NCBI GenBank assembly: GCA_043810775.1
Contig: JBDRNU010000025.1
Location: 59,153-123,152, forward strand
Reading direction: 5' to 3'
Length of the DNA: 64,000 nt
Source: an archaeon
GTDB taxonomy: Archaea > Nanobdellota > Nanobdellia > Pacearchaeales > GW2011-AR1
The notes under the pieces were generated by a model. That model did not search any database and was not told the origin of the DNA. It saw only the letters and a program-made list of their open reading frames with translations. The translations under genes and the position numbers were made by a program. Position 1 is the stretch's first letter; every line of letters starts with the position of its first letter. Positions 45,314 to 56,075 of the stretch are shown one piece after another.

Positions 45314-45925
45314 ATGGTTGAAGGATGGTTAAATAATAATGAGGCTGAATTGCTTTTTAATCTTGCTAAAAATGTAAAAAATGGAGTTATTGTAGAGATT
45401 GGCTCTTATAAGGGCAAGTCAGCACTAGCATTGGGGAGAGGAGCTAAAGTTAAAGTATATACTGTTGATTGTGATAAGTCTAATTTAAAAGAGCTTAATG
45501 ATAATATTAAAAAAGCCAAACTGAAAAATATAATTTCTATTAGTAAGTATTCTAAGGAAGCAGCTGAGAGTTTTAATGATAAGATTGGGATGTTATTTAT
45601 TGATGGCAACCATAGTTATGAATCTATAAGCGAGGATTTTTTGAGCTGGAAGGACAAGGTAATTTCTGGAGGAATAATTGCCTTTCATGATGTACACTAC
45701 TCTTGGAATGATGTGACAAAGTTTGTTAGAGAGATAATTTTTAGGAGAGATTTAGCTGATTTTGAGATATTTGAAACAATAGTTTATTGCAGGAGAAAAG
45801 ATAAGCTCAACTTAGCTGACAGGTTAATGAACAGGTTTTTTTACTTTAAATTTTTAATGCATACTACTTACTCGCTAAGATTTATTGACAGATTAGTGGG
45901 AAATATAGGGAAATTGATAAAATGA
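45314..45925 (+). CDS. Class I SAM-dependent methyltransferase (Methyltransf_24-like)
   Basis: IVEIGSYKGKS, LFIDGNHSYE, GGIIAFHD. Confidence 0.9.
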   Translation: MVEGWLNNNEAELLFNLAKNVKNGVIVEIGSYKGKSALALGRGAKVKVYTVDCDKSNLKELNDNIKKAKLKNIISISKYSKEAAESFNDKIGMLFIDGNHSYESISEDFLSWKDKVISGGIIAFHDVHYSWNDVTKFVREIIFRRDLADFEIFETIVYCRRKDKLNLADRLMNRFFYFKFLMHTTYSLRFIDRLVGNIGKLIK

Positions 45926-46779
45926 AAGTTTCAGTTGTAATTCCAGTTCATAATGGCGAAAAAACTCTTGAAAATTGTTTGAATTCTGTTTTAAACCAGA
46001 CATACAAGAATTATGAAATCATCGTGGTTGATAATAATTCAACAGATAATACTAAAAAAATAGTGGATAAATTTAAAAGAGATTCTAATAAAATCAAGTA
46101 TTTTTTTGAGAAAAAAATTGGGAGGGGTGCTACTCGAAATACAGGAATTAAAAATTCTAAAGGGAGCATTATAGTAATGATTGATTGTGACTGTGTTGCT
46201 CCCAGCCATTGGCTAAAGGAATTAACTAAACCAATTATAGATGGGGAGGAAGAAATTGTTATGGGTGGTGAAAAAGATTTAGTAGGCAATTTTTGGACTA
46301 AAAACATTCAGGAAGCAAACCTTAGATTTATTAAAAGAAATTTAAGAGGGAAGTATTCAGGGCATATTGATACTAAGAATTTTGCCATTAAATCCTCCAT
46401 TATTAAGAAATTTATGTTTGATTCTGAAATTGGAAATATGGAAGATTTAGACTTGTATTTAAGAATAAAAGACAGATATAATATTCTTTTCCTGAAAAAT
46501 GCTGATGTTGGCCATTATCACAGAAATTCTTTTTTAGATTTTATAAAAACTAATTTTGACAGATCTTATTGGGTTTTTAAAATTTATGAAAAACATAAAT
46601 CTAGAGAAAATCCTATAGCATATCCTATGTTTGACAGCCTTAATTTTAAGAATTTATTTTTAACTCCATTATGGGTAATGCTGCAATTTTTTAAAAAATC
46701 TTTTAAAGAGGCACTTTTTATTATTGTTTCTGAACTTTCTTGGAGAGTTGGACTACTTATAGCATATTTTAAGAAATAG
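45922..46779 (+). CDS. GT2 glycosyltransferase
   Basis: VSVVIPVHN, VVDNNSTD, IDCDC, ED. Confidence 0.9.
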   Translation: MKVSVVIPVHNGEKTLENCLNSVLNQTYKNYEIIVVDNNSTDNTKKIVDKFKRDSNKIKYFFEKKIGRGATRNTGIKNSKGSIIVMIDCDCVAPSHWLKELTKPIIDGEEEIVMGGEKDLVGNFWTKNIQEANLRFIKRNLRGKYSGHIDTKNFAIKSSIIKKFMFDSEIGNMEDLDLYLRIKDRYNILFLKNADVGHYHRNSFLDFIKTNFDRSYWVFKIYEKHKSRENPIAYPMFDSLNFKNLFLTPLWVMLQFFKKSFKEALFIIVSELSWRVGLLIAYFKK

Positions 46780-46784
46780 CCTAT

Positions 46785-47495
46785 TTAAGAATTTTTTTTA
46801 ATGTCTTTAAGATAAGATTTGACTATTTCCTTGTTTTCACCAATTGCTTTTATTTCTCCATTATCCATCCATAGGACTTTATGGCAGTGCTTTAATAAAT
46901 CAAGGTTGTGTGTCACTATTATTACTGTTGTTCCTTTTCTTGAAAGTTCAATATGCTTTTTTGTTGCTTTTTGCACAAATTTTTTATCCAGAATCATATC
47001 TACATCATCCAGGAGAATTATGTCCGAATTTGCGTGCAGGCTGATTGCACTTATTAGCCTGACTTTCATCCCATCAGAAAGCTGGTACAGCTTTGTATTT
47101 TCGTATCTTTCCAATTCAGCAAATTTGAGTATTGTCTTTAACTTTTGATTTATCTGGTTTTTTGTCAGTTTATAAAGAGTGCAAAATAAGAATATATTAT
47201 CTTTTACTGACAGTCTTTCCTGAAGGCCAATATTTAAGCCAAGTACTGATATTAGTTTTCCGTTTGTTTCTAGAGTACCAGAATCTTTTTGATAAATTCC
47301 TGCAATTATTCTTAGCAAGGTTGATTTGCCTGCTCCATTTTTTCCTATTATCCCTATTTTTTCACCTGTTTTAAGCTCTAGATTTATGTTTTTTAGGGCT
47401 AGAAATTCCTTTTTTTGCTCTTTTCCTAAAATTCTTGAGCTTTTTGTCCCAATGTAAAATTTTTTTGAAACATTTTTTATGATTATTGATTTCAT
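46785..47495 (-). CDS. Wzt/TagH-like polysaccharide ABC exporter ATPase
   Basis: GKNGAGKSTLL, LSDGMKVRL, ILLDD, VTH. Confidence 0.85.
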   Translation of the reverse strand: MKSIIIKNVSKKFYIGTKSSRILGKEQKKEFLALKNINLELKTGEKIGIIGKNGAGKSTLLRIIAGIYQKDSGTLETNGKLISVLGLNIGLQERLSVKDNIFLFCTLYKLTKNQINQKLKTILKFAELERYENTKLYQLSDGMKVRLISAISLHANSDIILLDDVDMILDKKFVQKATKKHIELSRKGTTVIIVTHNLDLLKHCHKVLWMDNGEIKAIGENKEIVKSYLKDIKKNS

Positions 47496-48250
47496 CTTAT
47501 TACCTCAGCGAATTTTTTATCCAGTTTTTTGAATATTAGTATTCCCAGTGCAAGAAATATTAGTGTATGCAAAAGAGCGCCTGTAAATAGCCACATTTCT
47601 GGCAGAGAATTATAAATTATAATTTCTCTTGTTATAGTGATAAAATAGTAAAGAGGATTTAATAAGTTAATTATAAATAGTTTTGAGTTATTAGAGATAG
47701 TATAGAAAATTGGGGTGGCAAACCATATAAGCTTAGATAAAAAAGCCCATATGTTATCTAAGTCTGTAAAAAATACATTCAGTGACGAGAGAATTAGAGA
47801 TATTCCAAAAATTAACATCATAAAAAATAAAATTATTATTGGGTAAAAAATTATTGTCAGTGTTAATTTACCCATTATTATAAGAATTAATATGAATATT
47901 ATTAATTCAAAAACATGGGTAAAAAGTGTTTTGAGGACTGCTGCTGCAACTAATGCTTGCCGAGGGAATTTTATTGACTTAATTATCCCCTTGTAAGAAC
48001 TAAGTATTTTTGTTGAGTCTATTGTTATTTGCTGGAAAATGTTTGCCATTATTATTCCCAATAACAAGTAAAGGGTGTAATTTTCAATATTAGTTCCGAT
48101 ATTTTTTGAAAATATAAATAATAAAAGCATAAAAACAAGGAGAGGATTTAGAATGTACCATAATATTCCAAGATATTTCCCTTCATTTTTAACTTTAAAC
48201 TCGGCTTTTGCTAAAGTATAGCTTAGCTTTACAAAGTATTTTAGTGTCAT
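47492..48250 (-). CDS. Wzm/TagG-like ABC-2 permease
   Basis: LGILWYILNPL, FATPIFY, LNPLYY; about six TM helices. Confidence 0.88.
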   Translation of the reverse strand: MTLKYFVKLSYTLAKAEFKVKNEGKYLGILWYILNPLLVFMLLLFIFSKNIGTNIENYTLYLLLGIIMANIFQQITIDSTKILSSYKGIIKSIKFPRQALVAAAVLKTLFTHVFELIIFILILIIMGKLTLTIIFYPIIILFFMMLIFGISLILSSLNVFFTDLDNIWAFLSKLIWFATPIFYTISNNSKLFIINLLNPLYYFITITREIIIYNSLPEMWLFTGALLHTLIFLALGILIFKKLDKKFAEVIR

Positions 48251-49428
48251 TTTTTTGTGTTTCTTATTTTTTCATCTTTCATTAGTGCGTCAAAAAAACA
48301 GCTTATATTATTATCTAGTGTGTAGTGGTCTAATTCACAAATATCGTGTTCAGATAAGTCTATATCATATTTGTCAGGCCATTTAAATAGATTTATTATT
48401 AGAAAGGGGCAGCTTTTTTTAGCTAGCTTGCTGTAGAGTATTCTGATTATATTTTTTAAGTAAAGGTGTTTAGCTAGGTAGATTAGATATAGGGGATATT
48501 TTAGAATTGAGCTTTTCAGTTTCCTTGCTTTTTTTGTATTAAATATAAAATCATAATAGTTTATACTATATCTATACTGATTTGCCGGCATTTTTGATTT
48601 TGGCCAGTAATCTATAAATTCCTTATAATCTATTCCTGTTGATTTTGCAAGTAGACTGGCAAAATCAGACAAAAACGGCTTTTCGTAGTTTTTGTGGCGG
48701 CCTATCATTGAGTAGGTTCTGCATCTTAGTTCGTGAACAAAATTGTTATTTTTTAGTGCAAGTTTAAAGACTTTTTTAAATTCTGAATCATTTATACCTT
48801 TTAGCCAGCTAAATGATAGTATGAGCTTTAGTTTTAGCTTTTCTGCGTTTTTGAATGCTTTTTTCTTCAGCATTAGCAGGGGTTTTCCCTCAATTTTTTC
48901 AAAAATTTTATCATCCAGGGCATTAAGTGAAAACAATGCATAATCAAGGCCAGCATTTTTCAAGCTTTTTGCATATTCGAGTGAAGAGAGTTTTATGCAG
49001 TTTGAAAGAATACAGGTTGATTTTCCTTGTAATTTAGCATATTCTATCAGCTCTTGAAGCTCTTTTCTTAGTGTTGGCTCTCCACCAGAAAAGCCGATTG
49101 TTTTGTGTTTTGAAGATTTTATTAGTGATTTTATTTTAGTTAATGGAATATCTTTTTGTTTTCTGTCAGGGAGATAGCAGTATCTGCAGTTAAGATTGCA
49201 TTTATATGTAACTGGTATTATTAGAGTTCTAGGCTGAATTTTCTGCTTTTTCCATATATTTTGGGAGCTTTTGTAAAAAATTGCATTTTTTTCAACTATG
49301 CTTGAGAAATAGCCATGATTTTTGCAGGATTTTTTCATAATTATCTTGTTATTATGTTCGTATAAATCAGCACTTATTTTTTTAAAGCATTTAGGGCAGA
49401 TTGATTTTGTTTTTTTTATCAGTTTCAT
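48247..49428 (-). CDS. Radical SAM protein with N-terminal CxxC...CxxH metal domain (COG1964/Tes-like)
   Basis: TKSICPKC..KSCKNHG; CNLNCRYC; SGGEPT. Confidence 0.85.
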   Translation of the reverse strand: MKLIKKTKSICPKCFKKISADLYEHNNKIIMKKSCKNHGYFSSIVEKNAIFYKSSQNIWKKQKIQPRTLIIPVTYKCNLNCRYCYLPDRKQKDIPLTKIKSLIKSSKHKTIGFSGGEPTLRKELQELIEYAKLQGKSTCILSNCIKLSSLEYAKSLKNAGLDYALFSLNALDDKIFEKIEGKPLLMLKKKAFKNAEKLKLKLILSFSWLKGINDSEFKKVFKLALKNNNFVHELRCRTYSMIGRHKNYEKPFLSDFASLLAKSTGIDYKEFIDYWPKSKMPANQYRYSINYYDFIFNTKKARKLKSSILKYPLYLIYLAKHLYLKNIIRILYSKLAKKSCPFLIINLFKWPDKYDIDLSEHDICELDHYTLDNNISCFFDALMKDEKIRNTKK

Positions 49429-49481
49429 GCATTTAATAAGATACAGTTAAATTTAAATAACTTTCATTTGGATTTATAGTT

Positions 49482-50522
49482 ATGCCAATGGACTTTTTAT
49501 TTAAACTGCCATTTTTAAGATATTACTATAATCGATATAAACTGGGTGTTCCTGAGACTTTTTTTATTCCTTTTAGATTGTTTATGTGGTTTGAGCTAAG
49601 AAGAGCTTTTGGTCAAAAAGTGATTCCTGGCATGTTTTTGTCTCCTTCTCAGACATGCAATTGTGATTGCAAGCACTGTTATGAGGTTTATGATGGGAAA
49701 AGAATAAAAGAGAGTTTAACATTAAAAGAGATTAAAAGTGTTATTGACCAGTTTAAGTCAATGGATGGGAGATATATTGTTTTTTGCAGTGGTGAGTTTT
49801 TGCTTAGGAAAGATGCTTTAGAAATTATAAATTATGCTTTTAATAAGGAAATATTTACTATTTTAGTCACTAATGGCCTGCTGATTAATGAAGCAAGTAT
49901 AAAAGAGCTAAAAAAAGCCGGTCTTAGAGAAGTGGTTGTATCAATTGACAGTATGAATGCTGAAAAACATGATGAATTAAGGGGTGTAAAGGGGTGCCAT
50001 AAAAAAGCAATTAATTCGTTGAAACTAGCTAAAAAGTGCGGTTTAGAAACTTCTATATGGACTTATATATCTAGAAGTAATATTCACGAACTTGAGGAAA
50101 TTGAGAAATTAGCTATTGAGCTAGATATTACAGATGTATTTTGTTATTTTCCCTTGCTTTCTGGGAAATTTTTCAATAAGCCAGATGAAAATCTTACTTT
50201 TGAAGAGAGAGAGGATATAAGGAAAAAATTCAAGAATTCAAAAAAATTCTTTTTGGAGTTTGCAACTGAAGATACTCTTTGTACTGCTGCTGCAGAGTAT
50301 CACTTAAATGTAAATCCTGCTGGCGAGGTTACTTTTTGCCCGCCTGTTCCATATTCTTATGGGAACATAAAAAATGAGCCTTTAAAGAAGATATATGCTA
50401 GGATGAGGAAGGATTTTAAAAGATTCAGGTATTTTAAAGGCCAGTGCCCTGTGAATAATCCAGATTATAGGAGAAGATGCAAAGCGAGAAAAATAGTTGA
50501 AGTTGATAATAAGTTAAAATGA
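49482..50522 (+). CDS. Radical SAM protein with SPASM/Twitch domain
   Basis: CNCDCKHC, SGEF, VTNG, SIDS; C-term CTAA..GEVTFC..GNI..CP. Confidence 0.88.
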   Translation: MPMDFLFKLPFLRYYYNRYKLGVPETFFIPFRLFMWFELRRAFGQKVIPGMFLSPSQTCNCDCKHCYEVYDGKRIKESLTLKEIKSVIDQFKSMDGRYIVFCSGEFLLRKDALEIINYAFNKEIFTILVTNGLLINEASIKELKKAGLREVVVSIDSMNAEKHDELRGVKGCHKKAINSLKLAKKCGLETSIWTYISRSNIHELEEIEKLAIELDITDVFCYFPLLSGKFFNKPDENLTFEEREDIRKKFKNSKKFFLEFATEDTLCTAAAEYHLNVNPAGEVTFCPPVPYSYGNIKNEPLKKIYARMRKDFKRFRYFKGQCPVNNPDYRRRCKARKIVEVDNKLK

Positions 50523-51079
50523 AATTTAAAAATAAAATTATTGAATGCATTTATACAAGGAGGTCTATTAGGGAATATAAAGATAAATCAGTTTCTAAGG
50601 AATTGATTGACGAATTGCTTAAATCTGCTGTAATGGCTCCAAGCGCAAAAAACAGACAGCCATTGCATTTTACAATTGTTGAAGGCAAGGATAAAGTTAG
50701 ATATTTTGGCGAAATTGCTTATAAAAATCTGATTATGCAAGAGTTAGAAAGAAAATCCGGATATGGACTAAAAAGTGCTGAACAGATTTTTTATAATGCT
50801 CCTTTGTTAATTATTATTTCTGGCAAAAAAGGCTACAATTGGCTTAAGGCAGATGCGAATTTAGCTGTGCAAAATATGTTTTTAGCTGCAAATTCCTTGG
50901 GTTTGGGAAGCTGCTGGATAGGATATGCAATGCCTTTAAATAATGATAAAAAAGTAATGAGGGAGCTGGGAGTTCCTGATGATTTTGAGATTGTTGCCCC
51001 CTTAATTTTTGGGTATCTTAAAAAGAAAATTATATCAATTCCTAAAAGAGAGCCAAAAATTTTAAAGTGGATTAGCTGA
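50519..51079 (+). CDS. Nitroreductase family protein
   Basis: RRSIREY, APSAKNRQP, NMFLAANSLGLGSCWIG. Confidence 0.92.
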   Translation: MKFKNKIIECIYTRRSIREYKDKSVSKELIDELLKSAVMAPSAKNRQPLHFTIVEGKDKVRYFGEIAYKNLIMQELERKSGYGLKSAEQIFYNAPLLIIISGKKGYNWLKADANLAVQNMFLAANSLGLGSCWIGYAMPLNNDKKVMRELGVPDDFEIVAPLIFGYLKKKIISIPKREPKILKWIS

Positions 51080-52637
51080 AATTGTATTCTATTATTTGAG
51101 TATCTGGCTGGTCTGCTGAGCTTCCAAATAGTTTTATTCTTGCATTAAGCATTAAGGCTCTGAAGATTAGTATTGGTGCGAGTAATTTCTGGTTTGCTGT
51201 TCTTTTTCCAAGATTTTTTTCAATTTCCTTTATCAGATTAGATATATTATTTTTTATTTTCTTATTTACAAATAGCTTTGAGGTGTATACTAATGGCAAT
51301 AAGTTATGGCATTCTAATCCTGCCTCTTTTGCATTTCTTGCAAGGAATTTATTTCCTGAATTTTTGTATTTTTTATAGCGTAAAAGTTTTGTTTCAATAA
51401 ATCTTATTAGTGAAGGGCCTGAATCTTTAAGCTCATTTTTTTTAATATTTATCTTTATTTTTTCAAGCTCTTTTTTTGAGAAATAAGGGTGTTTAAACAT
51501 GAGGTGAGATGCATCATACTCTTTCCAGGGCCTGTTAAGGAGCTTGTTTTGTTTTTTTAAACTGCTGTATAGTGGAGTTCCAGGGGGCGCGGTGTATATA
51601 TGATATTGTTTAAATTCTCCGCTTAGTGACAGAAAATAATTTATATCTTCTTTTAATTTTTCTTTATTATGGAATGGATAACCTATTATAAATGAAATAA
51701 TAAGATGAATCCCTGAGTTATGCAGGGAGCTTGTAAGTTTTTTTATGTCTATTTTGTGCAGTTTTGGATATTTTACAAATTTTGATTCAGCTGAAATCCA
51801 GATTTTATTTATCCCGATTTCCAGCAATTCTTCTGGAGTATATTCTGAAACTGCTTTTAGTGTTCCAAAACACATTAGATCAAATGAATCGTTGTTTTTC
51901 TTAATTATTTTTCCCAGACTTTTAACTAGTTTTTTATTTTCTAAAAAATTTTCATCAACAATCATTATATAATTTGTATTTTGATGTTTTAGTGCTTTGT
52001 AGATTTCTTCTGCTGTTTTTAGTATATAGATTTTCTTTTTATGAAAAAAGTAACTTGTATTACAGAATTCACAGCCTCCAGTGCATCCTAAAGCTACTAA
52101 AACTAGCCCTGGTTTTGTTTTTTTTGACATAAGTTTGGTTCCCATTATTGAGTACTTTGAGTTATATGGCTCCCAGGCTTGCTTTATTTCTGAAAATTTT
52201 TTTTCATTTAGCAGATTTTTCATGAAATTCACGCCCTCTTCCCTGCATACATAATCTGCTATTTCTGAAGCTTCTGGGATAACTGTTCCGTAGCCTCCAA
52301 GCACAATTTTAGAGCTTGGAGAGTATTTTCTGACTAGCTTGCACATATCCCTTACTTTTTCAAATGCAAGACTCATGAATCCTATACAAACATAATCATA
52401 ATTTTTCCTGATTTCTTTTATAAATTCTTTTCTTGTGGGAAAGTCAAGAACTGTTGAGGGAGTTTCTATGTTTTGAGCCAGGTACTGTAAGGAATAAGTT
52501 GGCTCTATTGCCCTTATTGTAAATAATCCTTCATCTCCTATATTTGACATAAAAAATTCCATGGGAGCAGAGGGGCAGTTGTAAAAGTCATTTGTGCCAA
52601 AAGGCTTGTAAACAGATGTAAATAATAACTTTGTCAT
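51072..52637 (-). CDS. Cobalamin-binding radical SAM protein
   Basis: IVLGGYG, EEGV, GCTGGCEFC, DENF, IIGYP, PGTPLY. Confidence 0.82.
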   Translation of the reverse strand: MTKLLFTSVYKPFGTNDFYNCPSAPMEFFMSNIGDEGLFTIRAIEPTYSLQYLAQNIETPSTVLDFPTRKEFIKEIRKNYDYVCIGFMSLAFEKVRDMCKLVRKYSPSSKIVLGGYGTVIPEASEIADYVCREEGVNFMKNLLNEKKFSEIKQAWEPYNSKYSIMGTKLMSKKTKPGLVLVALGCTGGCEFCNTSYFFHKKKIYILKTAEEIYKALKHQNTNYIMIVDENFLENKKLVKSLGKIIKKNNDSFDLMCFGTLKAVSEYTPEELLEIGINKIWISAESKFVKYPKLHKIDIKKLTSSLHNSGIHLIISFIIGYPFHNKEKLKEDINYFLSLSGEFKQYHIYTAPPGTPLYSSLKKQNKLLNRPWKEYDASHLMFKHPYFSKKELEKIKINIKKNELKDSGPSLIRFIETKLLRYKKYKNSGNKFLARNAKEAGLECHNLLPLVYTSKLFVNKKIKNNISNLIKEIEKNLGKRTANQKLLAPILIFRALMLNARIKLFGSSADQPDTQIIEYNFS

Positions 52638-52693
52638 AAATTGAGTTAATACATTTAACTTATAAAGATTATTGTGTTTAAAACCTTAAATTT

Positions 52694-54241
52694 TTAATTT
52701 TTGGCTATTATTTGACCAAGTATTTTAGCCTTTTGAATTAAAATTTTTGATTTTACAAAAGTTATGTTTTGAGAAATAAAGGCATAAATTTTATCTATAT
52801 TTAGAAGTAATTTATGGTGCTTTTGAATTTCATTAATTAGATTTGGATTAAGAAGATATTTTATCATAAATCCTGGAAGTGCCCCGTATTTTTTCTGTGT
52901 TGATTTTCCTTTCATAAGATATAAGATGCAGTTGAGATATAGATTATTTTTTTTAATTCTGAAATTTGAATATACTTCGGATAAATTTATATTATCTTTA
53001 CCAAGTATTTTTATATTAAGCAGATTATTTTTAAGTGCTTTATAGTATAGGGGCATTCCTGGATCAAATACTAAACTATAAACATACAAACAATATGGTT
53101 TAGGTATTTCTAACAGGAAATTAATTGTTTGAAGAATATCTTCTTTTGTTTCGTAAGGATTATTTATGATAATCTCATATATTAAGGGTTCTATATCTTC
53201 TTTATATTTATTTATTAGCTGAATAGCTTTTAGCGTCTGCTGTTTTGTAATTGGCCTTCCATAAACTTCTTTATTTACCCTGTCGCTTGCTGACTGGATG
53301 CCTAGACTGATTTTTATTAATCCAGCTTCAAGAAGAAGTTTTAGCTTTTCCTCATTTACTGTTGCAGGAGTCATGTAAACTTCAAATGGGAGTTTTATTT
53401 TTTTTCTATATAATTCCCTAAACTCTTTTAGTTCTTCAATAGTCCGTATATTAATATCATCTTCTATTATCCATATCCACTGAAGTTTTGGAAACTGCTT
53501 TTTCAGCTGTTCTAGGTCTTGGATTACCAGCTTAATGCTTCTTTTTCTAATGTAAATGCCCTTGTTTTTGTATAATCTTTTTAAGAGGCAGTTAGAACAA
53601 TAGGTGCAAGAAAAAGGACAGCCTCTTATTCCCCTATAGAATAGCCAGTTTCCAATGTGCTTTTGGCTTAGTTTTTTGAAGGTTTTATTTTTTTCCAGCA
53701 CATAGTTAGTTCTAGGTGAGTAATCATAGTTTGGAAGCTTGTCAAGGTCAGCGAAAAGGGGCCTGACTGGATTTTTAATTATTTTATTGCCTTTTTTGAA
53801 CCAGAAGTTTTTAGTTTTATAATAGTTTTTTCCCAACTCTATTTTTTTTAGCAACTCTTCCAGTGCAAGCTCTCCTTCCCCTATACAAACAATGTCTGCA
53901 TGCTTAATGCAGAATTCTGGGAAGGTTGTTGCAAAAATACCACCCCATATTATAGGCTTATTAAGCTTTTTTAGTGCTTTAATTAGTTGAAGGGCTTTTG
54001 GAGTGCTTACTCCTGTACTGCTTATTCCGATTACATCAGAGTCTTTTACAAGGTTAAGAAGATTTTTCAAGGCAGTGCTTGAGTATTTTTTAATGTTAGT
54101 ATTATCATACATAAAATTAGATATATTAGATGGTGGGGACATTGAAATTATTTTTGTTTCATAACCTTTGTTTTTAAGATAAGCAGAGATTGTTCTTGCT
54201 CCAATATCTACACAATCAGTTGTAATTAAAACTAGTTTCAT
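52694..54241 (-). CDS. Cobalamin-binding radical SAM protein
   Basis: WGGIFAT..GEGE, RGCPFSCTYC, GIQSAS. Confidence 0.88.
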   Translation of the reverse strand: MKLVLITTDCVDIGARTISAYLKNKGYETKIISMSPPSNISNFMYDNTNIKKYSSTALKNLLNLVKDSDVIGISSTGVSTPKALQLIKALKKLNKPIIWGGIFATTFPEFCIKHADIVCIGEGELALEELLKKIELGKNYYKTKNFWFKKGNKIIKNPVRPLFADLDKLPNYDYSPRTNYVLEKNKTFKKLSQKHIGNWLFYRGIRGCPFSCTYCSNCLLKRLYKNKGIYIRKRSIKLVIQDLEQLKKQFPKLQWIWIIEDDINIRTIEELKEFRELYRKKIKLPFEVYMTPATVNEEKLKLLLEAGLIKISLGIQSASDRVNKEVYGRPITKQQTLKAIQLINKYKEDIEPLIYEIIINNPYETKEDILQTINFLLEIPKPYCLYVYSLVFDPGMPLYYKALKNNLLNIKILGKDNINLSEVYSNFRIKKNNLYLNCILYLMKGKSTQKKYGALPGFMIKYLLNPNLINEIQKHHKLLLNIDKIYAFISQNITFVKSKILIQKAKILGQIIAKN

Positions 54242-55674
54242 GTTGAAAATCTTACTGGTTTTTGCCCTTCTAGTCCAAGAAAAGACTTGACAGGCTCTTT
54301 TACTTTTTTTGGAACTAGATTATATATAATTCCCTTTGCTTTATTAAGAGACCTTTTTAGTTTAATAGAAGGAACTGAACTTCTTACTAACAGATATCTT
54401 AGTTTACTTATTTTTAAGAGCAGTTGGGGATGTGTGTTGAAAAATTCTGTTGTTTTAGAGCTTAGTAAGGGCTTAATAATTATTTTAGGTATTGCCCCTT
54501 TTATAAATTTTGTATTTTGACCCCACATAAAATAAAGAAGTGTATTGTAATAGAGGTTTTTGCTCTTGATTTTAGTGTGTTCATATAAATTAATATAATC
54601 TAAATCATATGCTGAATCTTCAAATTTTTTAATAATTCCATCTTTTACTGCTTGATTATATAGTGGAGAGCCTGGAAAAAATACTATTCCAAAAGGAGCT
54701 AAATGAAAAGGTGTGGGCATTTTAAGCACAAATTTTATTGTTTCCAAGACTTCTTCTTTTTTCTCATACGGGTTTGTTATAATCAGCTGATAGCTAGTAG
54801 GACTTCTCATATATCTTAAGTATTTATGCAATAAGTTTATAGCTTTTAGCGTCTGCTGTTTTGTAATTGGCCTTCCATAAACTTCTTTATTTACCCTGTC
54901 GCTTGCTGTTTGAATTCCTACTTCTATTTGCCCTAGACCTGCTTCTAAAAGTAATTTTAACTTTTCTTCTGTTATTGTTACAGGAGTCATGTAGCATCTA
55001 AAAGGGAGTTTTATTTTTTTTCTATATAATTCCCTAAATTCTTTTAGTTCTTCAATAGTCCTCATATTAATATCATCATCTGTTATCCATATCCACTGGA
55101 GTTTTGGAAACTGCTTTTTCAGCTGTTCTAGGTCTTGGATTACCAGCTTAATGCTTCTTTTTCTAATGTAAATGCCCTTGTTTTTGTATAGCATCTTGAG
55201 GTGACAGTTACAGCAGTATTTACAAGAAAAAGGACAGCCTCTTATTCCGTGGTAGTATAGCCAGTTTCCAATGTGCTTTTGATTTAGTTTTTTGAAGGTT
55301 TTATTTTTTTCCAGCACATAGTTAGTTCTAGGTGAGTAATCATAGTTTGGAAGCTTGTCAAGGTCAGCGAAAAGGGGCCTGATTGGATTTTTAATTATTT
55401 TATTACCTTTTTTGAACCAGAAGTTTTTAGTTTTGTAATAGTTTTTTCCCAACTCTATTTTTTTTAGAAGTTCTTCCAATGCAAGCTCTCCTTCCCCTAT
55501 ACAGACAATGTCTGCATGCTTAATGCAGAATTCTGGGAAGGTTGTTGCAAAAATACCACCCCATATTATAGGCTTATTAAGCTTTTTTAGTGCTTTAATT
55601 AGCTGAAGGGCTTTTTTAGTGTTTGCAGCTAAACTGCTTATTCCGATTACATCAGAGTCTTTTACAAGGTTAAG
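53223..55674. repeat. ~0.84 kb near-identical duplication (53223-54058 / 54839-55674)
   Basis: Constant 1616-nt offset; long identical stretches. Confidence 0.85.
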
Positions 55675-55875
55675 CATTTGTAAAATAGCTTTTTTTGAGT
55701 ATTTATCTGTGCTGAAATTTAGTTTTCTCTGATTATCTTCATTTATTGCATAAGGAAGAGGCATTGACAGCAAGAGTGTTTTATGGCCCTTGCTTTTTAA
55801 GTAGGCAGAAATAGCCCTAACTCCGTGAGAATAAATGTATGAATCAGTGGAGATTAGCCCTATTTTCATGTCCAT
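54238..55875 (-). CDS. Cobalamin-binding radical SAM protein (paralog)
   Basis: WGGIFAT..GEGE, RGCPFSCKYC, GIQTAS, FPGSPLY. Confidence 0.88.
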   Translation of the reverse strand: MDMKIGLISTDSYIYSHGVRAISAYLKSKGHKTLLLSMPLPYAINEDNQRKLNFSTDKYSKKAILQMLNLVKDSDVIGISSLAANTKKALQLIKALKKLNKPIIWGGIFATTFPEFCIKHADIVCIGEGELALEELLKKIELGKNYYKTKNFWFKKGNKIIKNPIRPLFADLDKLPNYDYSPRTNYVLEKNKTFKKLNQKHIGNWLYYHGIRGCPFSCKYCCNCHLKMLYKNKGIYIRKRSIKLVIQDLEQLKKQFPKLQWIWITDDDINMRTIEELKEFRELYRKKIKLPFRCYMTPVTITEEKLKLLLEAGLGQIEVGIQTASDRVNKEVYGRPITKQQTLKAINLLHKYLRYMRSPTSYQLIITNPYEKKEEVLETIKFVLKMPTPFHLAPFGIVFFPGSPLYNQAVKDGIIKKFEDSAYDLDYINLYEHTKIKSKNLYYNTLLYFMWGQNTKFIKGAIPKIIIKPLLSSKTTEFFNTHPQLLLKISKLRYLLVRSSVPSIKLKRSLNKAKGIIYNLVPKKVKEPVKSFLGLEGQKPVRFST

Positions 55876-56075
55876 AAATTGAAACCATATCCTTTAGGAT
55901 GTGGTCTCTTTAAATTTAGTTGTTCCAATTTTGGATCATCCTAAAAACCCCACAATCAAACTAAAGGGTTTTTTTGATTTTCACTTTTATTTTTCTAAAT
56001 TTAGTGAATTAGCAGTATATATAAATATGTTTAGTATTGAGTTAGTTTTAAATATTTCAGTGTTTTTTAAACTCA

